Shown: positions 1 to 11,723, numbered from the stretch's first letter. The stretch: 64,000 nucleotides of DNA from an uncultured delta proteobacterium (GCA_963767925.1 CAVYGB010000008.1:928001-992000); one strand, 5' to 3'. The notes: generated by a model from the sequence alone, not told the origin. Numbers and translations are program-made.

Positions 1-400
1 CGGGAGAACGCAGCCGCGCCACCACCTTCCTGACGGGCAGATGGTCCGGTTCAAGGAAGAACCGCACCGCGAGCGACCGGCCCGTCACGGCCGCGAAGGT
101 CGTACCACCGGGGTCGGTGGCGCGCTGGCTCGATCCGTTCTTCCAACCACCCTGGATGTATTTGTGCTGGTCGCCGGTTCCGAAGTCGACGAGCAGGCCA
201 CCGGCCGACAGCTCGGCTCTTTGTGCCTCGTTGACCAGGGAGCGGACGCCCTCGCGCCGGGGACGTTCGCTGGGCGTGTCGCGGTTGGGCGTGGCTTCCG
301 CCGCGCGCGGAATCTCGACCGGTGTCGGACCGTCGGCCCGGCAGGCCGCCACGCCGGCGGCGCACAGGACGAACGCAGGCCAGGGGCGCCGTCGTGGCAT
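1..400 (-). CDS. Partial lipoprotein (N-terminus only, runs off window start); possibly the N-terminal region of a myxobacterial sulfatase-like lipoprotein
   Basis: Not in the ORF track. Manual translation from ATG at 400: MPRRRPWPAFVLCAAGVAAC (lipobox) ... LLVDFGTGDQHKYIQGGW..., open to the window edge. Family assignment is from recollection only. Confidence 0.6.
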   Translation of the reverse strand, partial: MPRRRPWPAFVLCAAGVAACRADGPTPVEIPRAAEATPNRDTPSERPRREGVRSLVNEAQRAELSAGGLLVDFGTGDQHKYIQGGWKNGSSQRATDPGGTTFAAVTGRSLAVRFFLEPDHLPVRKVVARLRSP

Positions 401-763
401 CACGACCGTCTCACGACGACGCGCATCGGAGTCCCCCGGGGGTTGACCTCGACCCGGTCGCGAAGTGCCGCCGTGGCCGTCCCGGATCGGGTGGTCGTGA
501 GGCTGGCCAGGGCGGCAACGGGCAATACGGGCGCGCGTGACGAACGTTGCGGCAATCTCCCTCCCATGGTTGTCGACTATCCCAGGAGCAGACGGCATGC
601 CACGCACTCGGAGGTGCGTTGCCGGCCGAAGCCGGACGGGGCGCAGGGATGGTCGGAGCTGCGGCGTGGCGAGGCGCCACACGTGGCGAACCGCCACGGC
701 CCCTGCGATCCCCGTTCAAGCCCTGAGCCGTCCGGAGGTGCCTCGCCGGCACGAGGTCGACAC

Positions 764-935
764 CCGGACGGCCTCGGCGTCGTCAGAAATCTGGCCGTCC
801 AGGGCCGGAGCCCGCGTTTCATCCTGATGACCGCCTTCAGCGAGCGAGCGCTGCACGCGGAAGCTCGGCGGCTGGGCGCTCTAGCCAGCCGTGTTCGACA
901 AGCCCTTCGATCTCGATGACCTGCGTCGCGCGTCC
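764..935 (+). pseudogene. Remnant C-terminal half of a response-regulator receiver domain, frameshifted
   Basis: PDGLGVVRNL..RFILMTAFSERALHAEARRLGALA is in one frame and VFDKPFDLDDLR is in another. The shift falls at the AGCC-AGCC duplication (883-890). No N-terminal receiver half is visible. Confidence 0.6.
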
Positions 936-1003
936 GTCACGTCGCCCTTCGACTGGCGCTCACCTGGTCCGCGCGGCGAGGTCCAGCAACCGCTCGCACC
1001 AGG

Positions 1004-2959
<1,956 letters not shown>

Positions 2960-3001
2960 GGCTCCTTGGTCGGGCGGGTGGGGGCGGGCGGTTGCGAGGA
3001 T

Positions 3002-3943
3002 TCAGCGCTGGTGGCCGGGCCGGACATCGATGGTCGGATGGCGGGACACCAGCGACCGGAGGTTGGCCAGGGCGGTGGCGTTGCCAGGCCCGTCCATCGA
3101 GAAGCTGCCGGGCTCGACCCCGTTGTCCCAGCCCCAGCGGGTGTGGCAGGTGTCGCCGGTGAGAAGGACCGGGCCGCGGGGCGTGCGCACCAGGTAGGCC
3201 GTGCTGCCGGCGGTGTGGCCGGGGACCCAGATGGCGGCCACCGAACCGTCTCCGAAGACGTCGATCACGCCCGCCTGGCGCTGGTCGGGGTCGGGGGTGA
3301 AGGCCCATTGCCGGAGCTCGCCGTGGCCCTCGAGCACGGAGTCCGTCGATCCCCGGCCGAACAGGTTGAGGAACGCCCGCTGGCTGGCCTCTCCGGGGCC
3401 CGTGTAGATGGCGGTGCCCCGCGGGACGTCGGGCAGGCCGATGATGTGATCGAGGTGCAGGTGGGTCAACAGCACGCCGGCCACGGGCTGTCCGAGGCGG
3501 GCCACCAGGGTCGCGGTATCGACGCCGAGGCGCATCTGTTCGGGGTGCAGGACCTTGCGCACGATCCAGCCCACTCCGAGGCTGCCTGCGTCCTCGACGA
3601 AGCGCCGGCTCACGCCGGTGTCCACGAGGAAGACACCCTGGGTCGGGTGGCGCAGCACGTGGGCATAGACCTGGATGGGCTCCTCGCCGTCCGTGAGCCG
3701 GGCGGTCTTCGCCTTCGGGTGGTCGAGGTTGATGAGGCCGGCGCGCGCGACCTTCCAGTCGGCGCCCACCACCGTCTCCACCTCGACTGGCCCAGGCTGA
3801 TCGACGACCGCCTCCAGGCCGCCGCTCGACCAGAGCTTGCCGAGGGTCGCCCGCCCGCTGGGGTGGGTGCTGGCGGCGCAGCCTCCCGGGCCGGCCCCGA
3901 TGGCGGCGAGCAGCGCTCCGAGAACTACGAGTCGTCCGGGCAT
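3002..3943 (-). CDS. Exported metallo-beta-lactamase-fold hydrolase (AHL-lactonase-like)
   Basis: Signal/lipobox (GGC), THLHLDH motif, PGHTAG, LTGD, terminal PGH; GGAGG 8 nt before ATG 3943. Confidence 0.85.
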   Translation of the reverse strand: MPGRLVVLGALLAAIGAGPGGCAASTHPSGRATLGKLWSSGGLEAVVDQPGPVEVETVVGADWKVARAGLINLDHPKAKTARLTDGEEPIQVYAHVLRHPTQGVFLVDTGVSRRFVEDAGSLGVGWIVRKVLHPEQMRLGVDTATLVARLGQPVAGVLLTHLHLDHIIGLPDVPRGTAIYTGPGEASQRAFLNLFGRGSTDSVLEGHGELRQWAFTPDPDQRQAGVIDVFGDGSVAAIWVPGHTAGSTAYLVRTPRGPVLLTGDTCHTRWGWDNGVEPGSFSMDGPGNATALANLRSLVSRHPTIDVRPGHQR

Positions 3944-4127
3944 GGTCATGACCTCCAGCCGCCAACTGTTGGCCGTTTCCGATCCAGAGACCATCTGTTA
4001 TCTTCGCTCCCGTTCTTCGACCCCCCGGAGCTCTGGCGCCAAGGGGCGCGCTGAACGCGTCCGGCAGGGGGCGGGCTACTTGCTCCGACCGTAGCGCGAC
4101 GCCCCTGGGCCGGCGGGGCGGAGAGGA

Positions 4128-5036
4128 TCAGGGCAGGAGGGCCCAGTCGATGGCGGCGCTCAGCAGGCGGAGGCCGGCGGCGCCCAGGTTCGGGGCGGCG
4201 TCGTCGGTGGCGAAGAAGCCGACCCGGCGGTCGGCGGCCACCACGGTGGCCATCATCGCGCCCTTGGGGTAGCCGAAGATCGCGACCTGATCGACGCTGC
4301 CTGGAATCGCCGCTACCGGCTCGGCGGCGGGCGCGGGCCGACCCCAACCCAGGTTCGAGGAGGCGCCCACCACGGCGATGGTGCCCTGAAGGCCAGCGGC
4401 CATCGGGTGGCCGGGCATCAGGATGGTCAAGGAACCACCCACCGATCGACCGAGGCCCGCCCCGGGGGCGCCGGTCATGCCCATGGTGTCGTAGACCGCG
4501 GCCTCGCTGCTGAGCAGGGGGACCATCACGTCCCGGTACTTCGTGGCCAGGGTGTTCGAGGAGCAGCTCCCGGAGAGCACGACGAGGCTGACGCCCGTCA
4601 CGTTGACGGCGGCGTTGTCGTCGACGACCCGCACGGTGAGCCCCCGGCCGAGCAGCGCGGTCCGGAGGCGGTTGTCGCCGCCGGACAACGTGCCCGGGAC
4701 ACCGACAACGAGCAGCGCGATCCGGGCGGCGGGCGCCTCCGCGGCGGCCTCCGTCGGTCCGTCGGCGATGGCGTTGACCTCGGGCTGGGCCGGCGGGCGG
4801 TCCGGCGAGGGGGCATCGACCCGAGGCGCCCGATCGATGCGGGCATCGACGGCGTCGACCCCGCCCTCCCGGCGGGGTGGCCCGTCCCTACCGGGAGGGG
4901 CTCCCGGTCCATCGGCGCTGGCGGGGGCGATCCGCGCGTCTTCCGAGACCGGGTCGATCACGCCGGCGCGGTCGACTCCCTGGGGAGCGCAGGCGATCGT
5001 GAGGAGCAAGCCAGCAAGGAATCGAAGCGGGGGCAT
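4128..5036 (-). CDS. Hypothetical lipoprotein (Pro-rich linker plus C-terminal alpha/beta domain)
   Basis: Lipobox LLTIAC, low-complexity linker, then a globular ALLVVG...DWAL domain. Confidence 0.75.
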   Translation of the reverse strand: MPPLRFLAGLLLTIACAPQGVDRAGVIDPVSEDARIAPASADGPGAPPGRDGPPRREGGVDAVDARIDRAPRVDAPSPDRPPAQPEVNAIADGPTEAAAEAPAARIALLVVGVPGTLSGGDNRLRTALLGRGLTVRVVDDNAAVNVTGVSLVVLSGSCSSNTLATKYRDVMVPLLSSEAAVYDTMGMTGAPGAGLGRSVGGSLTILMPGHPMAAGLQGTIAVVGASSNLGWGRPAPAAEPVAAIPGSVDQVAIFGYPKGAMMATVVAADRRVGFFATDDAAPNLGAAGLRLLSAAIDWALLP

Positions 5037-5180
5037 GGGGCACCTTGATAGCGGTTGGGTTGGTCAGGAGGGGTGAGCTGGCTCCTCCCGCCAGGCAAGC
5101 TTACACCCCGGAAGATCCCGCGGGCAGAGAGCATACCCTCCAGTAACAGAGGTGCGGTCTGCCGCGGGGGCACGGCCGGC

Positions 5181-6311
5181 CTACTGACTGGCCCAGGGGA
5201 GGAACGCACGGTCGGCCATGATCATGAAGGCCCGTTCGGCCCACAGCTTCTGGCCAGCCATGTTCAGGTGTCGGTCGTCTTCCATGGAGAGTCCGACGGT
5301 CGGAATGACCGCCGAGCGCGGGTCCCGCTCGGGCAACATCCGGAGCTGCGGGCGCACAATCCGGCCATATTCGCCATTGGGCGCGTAGATGCCCGTGCCG
5401 TCTTCGTTCCAGTCACCCACAAGCAACGGAAGGTCGGGGACGCCGAGGTCGGCGCGGACCTCGTTGATGATGCCGAGGATGCAGTCGCCGGTGCTGGCCA
5501 GGCCCTGGGAGCCGGTGTGGTACTCGGTGATGCCGAACATGGTGAACAGCCCGCCGAAGGTGACCTTGCCCTTCAGCTCGAGCGCTTCGTCCATGTACTC
5601 GCGGTACAGGGGGCGGCCCTTCCGGAAGTTGGGGCAATAGCCGATGGTGCTGCCGCTGTGGCCGTGCCCGATGGAGATCATGTACGCGTCGGGCGCCTGC
5701 TCGAGGCCCAGGCGCAAGATGGCCATGCCCGGCCCCGACTTGCCCGCCGATCCCTCGTCGCCGGCGGTGTTGGGCTCGCGCGCTTGCACGAAGCGCCCGC
5801 CGCGCTGGTAGACCCAGAGCTGGGGGTGGGGATCGAACATGAACGGGCGAAGGCTGGCTGGACCGGTGGCTCGACCGGCCATGTCGGAGTGGCCGATGTG
5901 CAGGAACACGATCGCCTTCTCCCGGGGTACGAATCGTCCTCCGATTGTGACCCCGACGGTGGCGGCCGGTGGGCCGGCGTCCACGGCAGGGGGAACGTTC
6001 GCGGCGGCGTCGCCCCTCACCGGGCCCGCGTCGGCGACCGGCCCGGCTCCGCCCGAGCCACCGGCCGGCCCGGCGGATCCCGCGGCGCCCGCGGTCGCCG
6101 GGGGAGCGACGGGACCGGACGTGCCTCCGGATCCCGCGGCGCCCGTCGACCCCGAAGCGCCCCCCGTCCCGGGAGGTGGCGGGGCCGGGTTGGGCGCCGC
6201 CGGGTTCTCTGGCTCCAGCTCGGGGTAGGGGTGCACCTTGACGCCGCAGGCGGCGGACAGCCCGACGACAGCGATCAGAAGGTGGAGGCGGCAGGGGAGC
6301 GAGATCGTCAT
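5181..6311 (-). CDS. Lipoprotein with SASA/CE6-like SGNH acetylesterase domain
   Basis: Lipobox LSAAC, Gly/Pro linker, IGHSDMAG (GQSNM-like) motif, C-terminal DDRH (DxxH). Confidence 0.7.
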   Translation of the reverse strand: MTISLPCRLHLLIAVVGLSAACGVKVHPYPELEPENPAAPNPAPPPPGTGGASGSTGAAGSGGTSGPVAPPATAGAAGSAGPAGGSGGAGPVADAGPVRGDAAANVPPAVDAGPPAATVGVTIGGRFVPREKAIVFLHIGHSDMAGRATGPASLRPFMFDPHPQLWVYQRGGRFVQAREPNTAGDEGSAGKSGPGMAILRLGLEQAPDAYMISIGHGHSGSTIGYCPNFRKGRPLYREYMDEALELKGKVTFGGLFTMFGITEYHTGSQGLASTGDCILGIINEVRADLGVPDLPLLVGDWNEDGTGIYAPNGEYGRIVRPQLRMLPERDPRSAVIPTVGLSMEDDRHLNMAGQKLWAERAFMIMADRAFLPWASQ

Positions 6312-6321
6312 GGGTGTCCTT

Positions 6322-7428
6322 CTAGAAGGGTGACAGCGCGAGGCCGACACCAGCGGTCCAGGGTTGCAGGCCGCTGACGTGGTAGGGGAGGGAGGCGCCC
6401 ACCAGGAGGGCGACCCAGTCCGTCGACCACTCCAGCGAGGCGTTGGCAGACAGCATCCAGGGCGGTCGATCGTCCGAGGCCAGCCCGCGGTCGCGGTCGG
6501 CGCCCCAGAACGCCGTGGCCGAGACCCCGATCGCCGGCACGACCGGACCGAGCAGGTAGCCGGCGTAGCTGTAGACGGTTCCAGAGGGGGCCCGGAAGTT
6601 CTCCAGCTGGTTGGCCCGGCCGGGATACGAGACCACGCCGCCGATGACCACCGGGCCCCACAGGTTGTCGAGGACGTGGTCGACGAGCAGACCGCCGCTG
6701 GGCTCCCCCACGCCGAGCTGGCGATCCTGGCGGAGGTAGTTGCCGAGGTGACTCGCCTGATGGCTGCCGGTCGGCAAGCCCAGCGAGAGGGTGACGGTCG
6801 TGGCGGCGATGGGGCCGAAGCGCCTGCTCAGGAGCAGGTTGACGTCGCCGAGGCCCTTGTTGGAAAGATCGAACCGCAGGCCGAAGGGGTCGGTGTGATA
6901 TTTGTAAAGATACGGGACCACCACGCCGACGTTCCAGCGGTCGCCGAGGTCGGCGCTGATCTGATTCTGGACCGAGTAGACGTAACCGTCGGAGAACCTG
7001 GTGTAGCTCACCTGGCTCTGCACGTTGACCAGGCCACCCGAGACATTGCGACCGATCCATTTTATCCCGCCGATGCCGGTGGAGCTGCCCGCCCCGCAAC
7101 CGGCCACCGAATGCCAGGTGGCGAGGAGGACGCCCGACCGCGTCGGAGGCAGGGGCGCGCGGGCTGACGCGAGCCGAACGCTGGCCGTCATCGCCCGGTC
7201 GGTTCGGTGCATCAGCACCGCCAGGCGCCGCTCGATATCGCGCAGCTCGGCGGCAAGCGAGCCCAGAAACACGCCCAGGATGGCGACCGCCAACGCAGCG
7301 CCCACCCGGCCCCAGGGGACTACCGACGAGTTCCGATGCGATGTGGAGAGGATCAACGGATCGAAAGGCACACCCAGCAGTGGCGTGAGGGGCACGGGAT
7401 CCTTCAAATGACCGAGCGCGGCCGCCAT
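6322..7428 (-). CDS. Hypothetical protein, probable outer-membrane beta-barrel (start uncertain)
   Basis: N-terminal TM helix, GLGDVNL and LGLPTG motifs typical of MetA-pathway/SphA-like barrels, alternating beta-strands, C-terminal Phe. Confidence 0.6.
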   Translation of the reverse strand: MAAALGHLKDPVPLTPLLGVPFDPLILSTSHRNSSVVPWGRVGAALAVAILGVFLGSLAAELRDIERRLAVLMHRTDRAMTASVRLASARAPLPPTRSGVLLATWHSVAGCGAGSSTGIGGIKWIGRNVSGGLVNVQSQVSYTRFSDGYVYSVQNQISADLGDRWNVGVVVPYLYKYHTDPFGLRFDLSNKGLGDVNLLLSRRFGPIAATTVTLSLGLPTGSHQASHLGNYLRQDRQLGVGEPSGGLLVDHVLDNLWGPVVIGGVVSYPGRANQLENFRAPSGTVYSYAGYLLGPVVPAIGVSATAFWGADRDRGLASDDRPPWMLSANASLEWSTDWVALLVGASLPYHVSGLQPWTAGVGLALSPF

Positions 7429-7480
7429 TGTGATCGCCCCCTGAAACGGAGACGCTCGGCGGCGGTATCCGGCGCGTGGA

Positions 7481-8221
7481 TCAGCGGCCGGCCAGGAATT
7501 TGAAGCGCTGGAAGAGCGGCTCCGGGACGTTGCGGACCACCGCCATGATCGCCCGCCAGTACCCCGGGACGTAGGCCTCCTGCCGCCCGCCCTCGATGCC
7601 GGCCACGACGCCGGCCGCTACCCGGGTGGGGGTGGCGAAGAGGGCGTGTTTTCGGTGGCCGGTGGTCATCGGCGAGTCGACGGGTCCCAGCTTGAAGGTG
7701 TGGACCGCCGTCCCCGCGGCGAACAGCCGGCTGCGCAGACCCTGCATGAACACGTTCAGCGCCGCCTTGGAGGCGCCGTAAGTGAAGTTGCGCGGGCGCC
7801 CCCGTTCGCCCGCCACCGAGGAGAGGACGGCCAGGTGGCCCCCTCGAGCGGCCTCGAAGTGCCGGGCCAGCGGGACGAGCAGCGACACCATCGAGAGGAA
7901 GTTGGTGCGGATCACCTTCTCCGCCTCGGCGTAGTCCCGTTCGGTGGCGAGCTGGTCGCCCAGCCAGCCGTGGGCGGCGATGGCCCAGTCGAGGCCGCCC
8001 AGGCGTTCGATGGCCCGGGCCACCCGGTCGGCGTTGGCCTCGGTGTCGTCGAAGTCGGCCACCTCTGCCCCCACCACCGCCCCGGCCAGGGAGGCGACGA
8101 GGGCGTCGAGCTTCTCCTGGGAGCGGCCTCCCAGCAGATACAGGCGGTGGCCGCGGGCGGCCAGCAGGCGGGCGATCTCGCCGGCGATGGCCGAGGTGGC
8201 GCCCAGGATGAGCGTCCGCAT
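7481..8221 (-). CDS. SDR oxidoreductase, DprE2-like (copy 2)
   Basis: MRTLILGATSAIA, SSVAGERGR, YGASK; start overlaps the upstream stop (TGATG). Confidence 0.88.
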   Translation of the reverse strand: MRTLILGATSAIAGEIARLLAARGHRLYLLGGRSQEKLDALVASLAGAVVGAEVADFDDTEANADRVARAIERLGGLDWAIAAHGWLGDQLATERDYAEAEKVIRTNFLSMVSLLVPLARHFEAARGGHLAVLSSVAGERGRPRNFTYGASKAALNVFMQGLRSRLFAAGTAVHTFKLGPVDSPMTTGHRKHALFATPTRVAAGVVAGIEGGRQEAYVPGYWRAIMAVVRNVPEPLFQRFKFLAGR

Positions 8222-8958
8222 CAGAACCCGATCTTCCGCATCACGAAGCGGGGCAGTGCCCGGATCACCGCCATGATCAGCGACCAGATGGCGGGCGCGT
8301 AGACCACCGGCGTGCCGCGGTCGATGGCCCGCAGGACCCGGCGGGCGACGTCGTCGGGCTCCCCCGCGAAGGGGGGCGGTCGCAACCCCGCGGTCATGTC
8401 GGTCTTCACGAAGCCCGGCTTGACGCAGATGGTGCGCAGCCCTTCGCCGTGGAACTTGTGGTCGAGGGCTTCGAGGTAACGGGTCAGCCCCGCCTTGGCG
8501 GCGCCATAGAACAGCACGGGCTTGCGGCCGCGTTCGCCCGCCACCGAGCTGAACACGCACAGGGTCCCGCCCCCCCGGGCCAGCAGCCGCTTGCGGGCCT
8601 CCTCGCAGAACAGGATGGTATTGGTGAAGTCGGCGGTGAGCAGCCGCTCGAGCGCGTGGCTGCTCTCTTCCAGCTCCTGCTGGGGGGCGAACAGCCCGGC
8701 GGTCACCACCACCACCTCGATGCCGCCGAGGGTGGCCTCGGCCTGGGCCAGCGCCGGCGCGAAGGTCTCGGGCCGCATGAGGTCGCAGGCGGCGGTTCCC
8801 ACCGCGGCCAGCTCGCCGCGGATCTCCAGGTCGCGGGCGCTCTTCTCGCTGGCGGCCGGATCCCTTCCCAGCAGGAAGAGCTGGTCTCCGCGAGCGGCCA
8901 TCTGGCGGGCCAGAGCCCGGCCCATGCCCCGCGTCCCTCCGAGCAGGACCACCTTCAT
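8221..8958 (-). CDS. SDR oxidoreductase, DprE2-like (copy 1)
   Basis: MKVVLLGGTRGMG, SSVAGERGR, YGAAK, KPGFVKT; ATGA overlap with the dprE1-like gene. Confidence 0.88.
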   Translation of the reverse strand: MKVVLLGGTRGMGRALARQMAARGDQLFLLGRDPAASEKSARDLEIRGELAAVGTAACDLMRPETFAPALAQAEATLGGIEVVVVTAGLFAPQQELEESSHALERLLTADFTNTILFCEEARKRLLARGGGTLCVFSSVAGERGRKPVLFYGAAKAGLTRYLEALDHKFHGEGLRTICVKPGFVKTDMTAGLRPPPFAGEPDDVARRVLRAIDRGTPVVYAPAIWSLIMAVIRALPRFVMRKIGF

Positions 8959-10439
8959 GGCCGCGGGCGCCCCGTCTCCCCGTCGCCATCCAGCAGGCGC
9001 GCCGACAGGGTGCTGCGCAAGTGTCCCTGCGGATCCCAGCGGCGGCGCACCTCCTGCCAGAGGGGCAGGCGGGGATCCATCTGCCGCAGGTGGGTGCGCC
9101 TCGTGAAGGCGTCCTTGGCGAGATAGATCCGACCCCCCTCGGCGATGACCAGCTCGTTGAGCGCGTCGACCACCGACTGGGTCCAGAACCGGACGGGAAA
9201 ATCCACGGCGATGGAGATCCCGGGCTTCGGGAAAGAGAGCAGCCCCTGTCCCTCGGCGCCGCAGTCCTTGATCACACAGAGGGGAGAGGCCACCCCCTGC
9301 TCGCTGATGATCTCCATCAAGCGGTGCAGGGCCCGGCGCCCGGCCGCGTGCGGGATCACGCACTGGTACTGGGTCAGCCCCGGCCTCCCGTACAGGCGGT
9401 GCCAGTTGTGCAGGCCGTCCAGGGGATAGAAAAACGCGTTGGGGTGCACGATGCCCCGCCGCCGCCGGGGGGCCCAGTAGTAGGCGGCGTTGAACAGGCG
9501 GCTGGTCGGGCGGGAGATCGCCCAGCGGGGCAGGCAAAACGGCACCGGCAGTCCGCCGCCCGCGGGGGGCGCATGGGCGGGCGCCTCGTGCGGCTCGGCC
9601 CAGCGCCCGCAGAACAGGATGCCCCGGCCCAGGGCGCGGCCCCGCGCCAGGCAGTCGATCCAGCCGGCCGTGAAGGGCCAGCGGGAGGCCGCGTCGCTCA
9701 GCCGGTCGACGAAGGCGTCGATGCCGTCGACCCGCTGGTTTTCGCCCCAGATCCAGGGCGAGGGGATGGGGACCATCTTGAAGGCCACCTCGAGGACGTG
9801 GCCGGTCAGGCCCATGCCACCGAGGGTGGCGCGGAACAGATCGGGCAGCACGGTGGGCGAACACTCCACGATCCGCCCGTCGGCCAGCCGCAGGCGCAAG
9901 GCCGTCACGTGGGCCCCGAAACAGCCGGCCTGGTGGTGGTTCTTGCCGTGCACGTCGGCGGCCACCATCCCGCCGAGCGTGACGAACTTGGTGCCGGGCG
10001 AGACGGGCACGAACCAGCGCCGCGGCAACATGATCCGGTAGATCTCTTCGAGCGAGAGCCCGGCCTCGGCGCGCAAGATCCCGGTCTGCGGATCGAAGGC
10101 CAGGAACCGGTTGGCCGGGGGTGAGCCGGCCACCCGATCACCCGGCGCCGGGAGCGAAGCGTCGCCGTAAGACCGGCCCAGCCCGCGGGATAGCCGAGCG
10201 TCGCGCGTCGCGCCCTCGAAGTCCTCGCTGAGGACCTCGCGCCCGGGTACGATCGGCTGGCGGCCCCAGCCCGTCAGATCGGTCAACGGGATGTCGCGCT
10301 CGCGGGGGGACGGGCCGGGGTCGACCGGCGCAGGCACGAGGTTGAGGGTGTTGGGGATCGCCAGGGTCCGCTCCCGTCGGAAAATCGCGCTCTCATTTAC
10401 ACCATGTGCGCGCCGGATGCTACCGGCGCCACGCGGCAC
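8955..10439 (-). CDS. FAD-linked oxidoreductase, DprE1-like (polyprenyl-phospho-ribose 2'-oxidase); start uncertain
   Basis: RGLGRSYGDA, PGTKFVTLGG, DVHGKNHH, GGMGLTG, QYQCV, GGRIYLAKD. Confidence 0.88.
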   Translation of the reverse strand: MPRGAGSIRRAHGVNESAIFRRERTLAIPNTLNLVPAPVDPGPSPRERDIPLTDLTGWGRQPIVPGREVLSEDFEGATRDARLSRGLGRSYGDASLPAPGDRVAGSPPANRFLAFDPQTGILRAEAGLSLEEIYRIMLPRRWFVPVSPGTKFVTLGGMVAADVHGKNHHQAGCFGAHVTALRLRLADGRIVECSPTVLPDLFRATLGGMGLTGHVLEVAFKMVPIPSPWIWGENQRVDGIDAFVDRLSDAASRWPFTAGWIDCLARGRALGRGILFCGRWAEPHEAPAHAPPAGGGLPVPFCLPRWAISRPTSRLFNAAYYWAPRRRRGIVHPNAFFYPLDGLHNWHRLYGRPGLTQYQCVIPHAAGRRALHRLMEIISEQGVASPLCVIKDCGAEGQGLLSFPKPGISIAVDFPVRFWTQSVVDALNELVIAEGGRIYLAKDAFTRRTHLRQMDPRLPLWQEVRRRWDPQGHLRSTLSARLLDGDGETGRPRP

Positions 10440-10502
10440 GTCCTTCCCTGTAGGGGCCTTCCAAGTTTTTCACCGCCCGACCCCGCGGCGGTTCCGCAGA
10501 GA

Positions 10503-11594
10503 TCACCGGTTGCTGTCGGCGTTCGTCCCCGCGATCCGGAGGACGGTCTGGCCTCGGGTGTGGCCCTCGCCCACGTGGTTGAGCGCGGCGGCCACCTCGC
10601 TCAGCGGGTAGCGGCGCTCGATGACCGGCCGGGCCTTGCCGGCTTCGATGATCGTCTTCAGCGCCAGGAGGTCGGCCTGGTTGGGAGTCACGACGAAGGT
10701 CTTGAGCCGCTGGCGGGTGAACAACGACGTCACGAGCAAGGTCCCGATCCGGAAGAGCCAGCGCCAGGTGGAGTTTCCCCCGGAGCAAGAGACGAAGGTG
10801 CCGGTCTCGGTGAGCACCTTTCGGCAGTCGGACACGGAACGGTTGCCGACCGTGTCCAGCAGGAGGTCGAAGCGGGCCCCGCCCTCGACGAAGTCCTGCT
10901 TCGTGTAGTCGATTACCTCGTCGGCGCCGAGGGCCCGGGCCATCTCCAGGTTGCGGGTGCTGCACACCGCGGTCACCCTCGCCCCGAGCGCCTTGGCGAT
11001 CTGGACCGCCCAGGTGCCCACGCCCCCCGAGGCGCCGTTGATCAGGACCCGCTGGCCGGCCCGCAGGCGTCCGAGGTCGCGCAGCGCCTGCAGGGGGGTG
11101 ACGCCCCAGGGGGCGGCCGCCGCCTCCTCGAACGACAGGTTGTTCGGCTTGGGGGCGATCAGGCGGGCGGACACCACGACGTAGTCGGCGTAGGCGCCGC
11201 CGAGGGCCTCGCCGTAGACGGCGTCGCCCGGCCGGAAGGCCGTGACCTTCGCCCCGACCGCCTCCACCTGGCCGGCCAAGGCCATGCCGGGCACCCTTTT
11301 CCTGGGGTGAGGAAAGCCGCCAAAGGGGGTGAGGCGGATGATGTACGGCTTGCCGGTCACGATGTGGTGATCACCCACGCTCGCGCCCGCCGCTTGCACC
11401 CGCACGAGCACCTCGTCCTCTCCCGGGACCGGTCGTGCGACCTCGCCCAGCGTGAGGACGTCCGGGGTGCCGTAGCGCCGATGCACGACGGCCCGCATGG
11501 TGCGAGCCTCCGCGGCGACGGCGGAGGTGGCGGCGCTGGTGGGGGCGCTGGTGCTGGGGACGAGGGGCGTCTTCATCTCGGTGACGGCGTGCAT
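10503..11594 (-). CDS. NAD(P)-dependent MDR-family alcohol dehydrogenase/quinone oxidoreductase
   Basis: YGTPDVL, VLINGASGGVG, LGADEVIDY. Confidence 0.9.
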   Translation of the reverse strand: MHAVTEMKTPLVPSTSAPTSAATSAVAAEARTMRAVVHRRYGTPDVLTLGEVARPVPGEDEVLVRVQAAGASVGDHHIVTGKPYIIRLTPFGGFPHPRKRVPGMALAGQVEAVGAKVTAFRPGDAVYGEALGGAYADYVVVSARLIAPKPNNLSFEEAAAAPWGVTPLQALRDLGRLRAGQRVLINGASGGVGTWAVQIAKALGARVTAVCSTRNLEMARALGADEVIDYTKQDFVEGGARFDLLLDTVGNRSVSDCRKVLTETGTFVSCSGGNSTWRWLFRIGTLLVTSLFTRQRLKTFVVTPNQADLLALKTIIEAGKARPVIERRYPLSEVAAALNHVGEGHTRGQTVLRIAGTNADSNR

Positions 11595-11635
11595 GGGTCT
11601 TCCCTTTCACTGGCGGATATGCGATTCACTCTTCT

Positions 11636-11697
11636 TACGTACACCGTACGTTGAACGTACGGTGTACGTATGTCAAGAGTAACTTACGGTGTACGTA
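11636..11697. promoter_or_regulatory. TetR-type operator: perfect 17-bp inverted repeat plus a third arm copy
   Basis: TACGTACACCGTACGTT-G-AACGTACGGTGTACGTA (11636-11670) and AACTTACGGTGTACGTA (11681-11697), between the divergent MDR and TetR genes. Confidence 0.85.
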
Positions 11698-11723
11698 TCC
11701 CCGGTCGCGACGAGAAGACCCAG

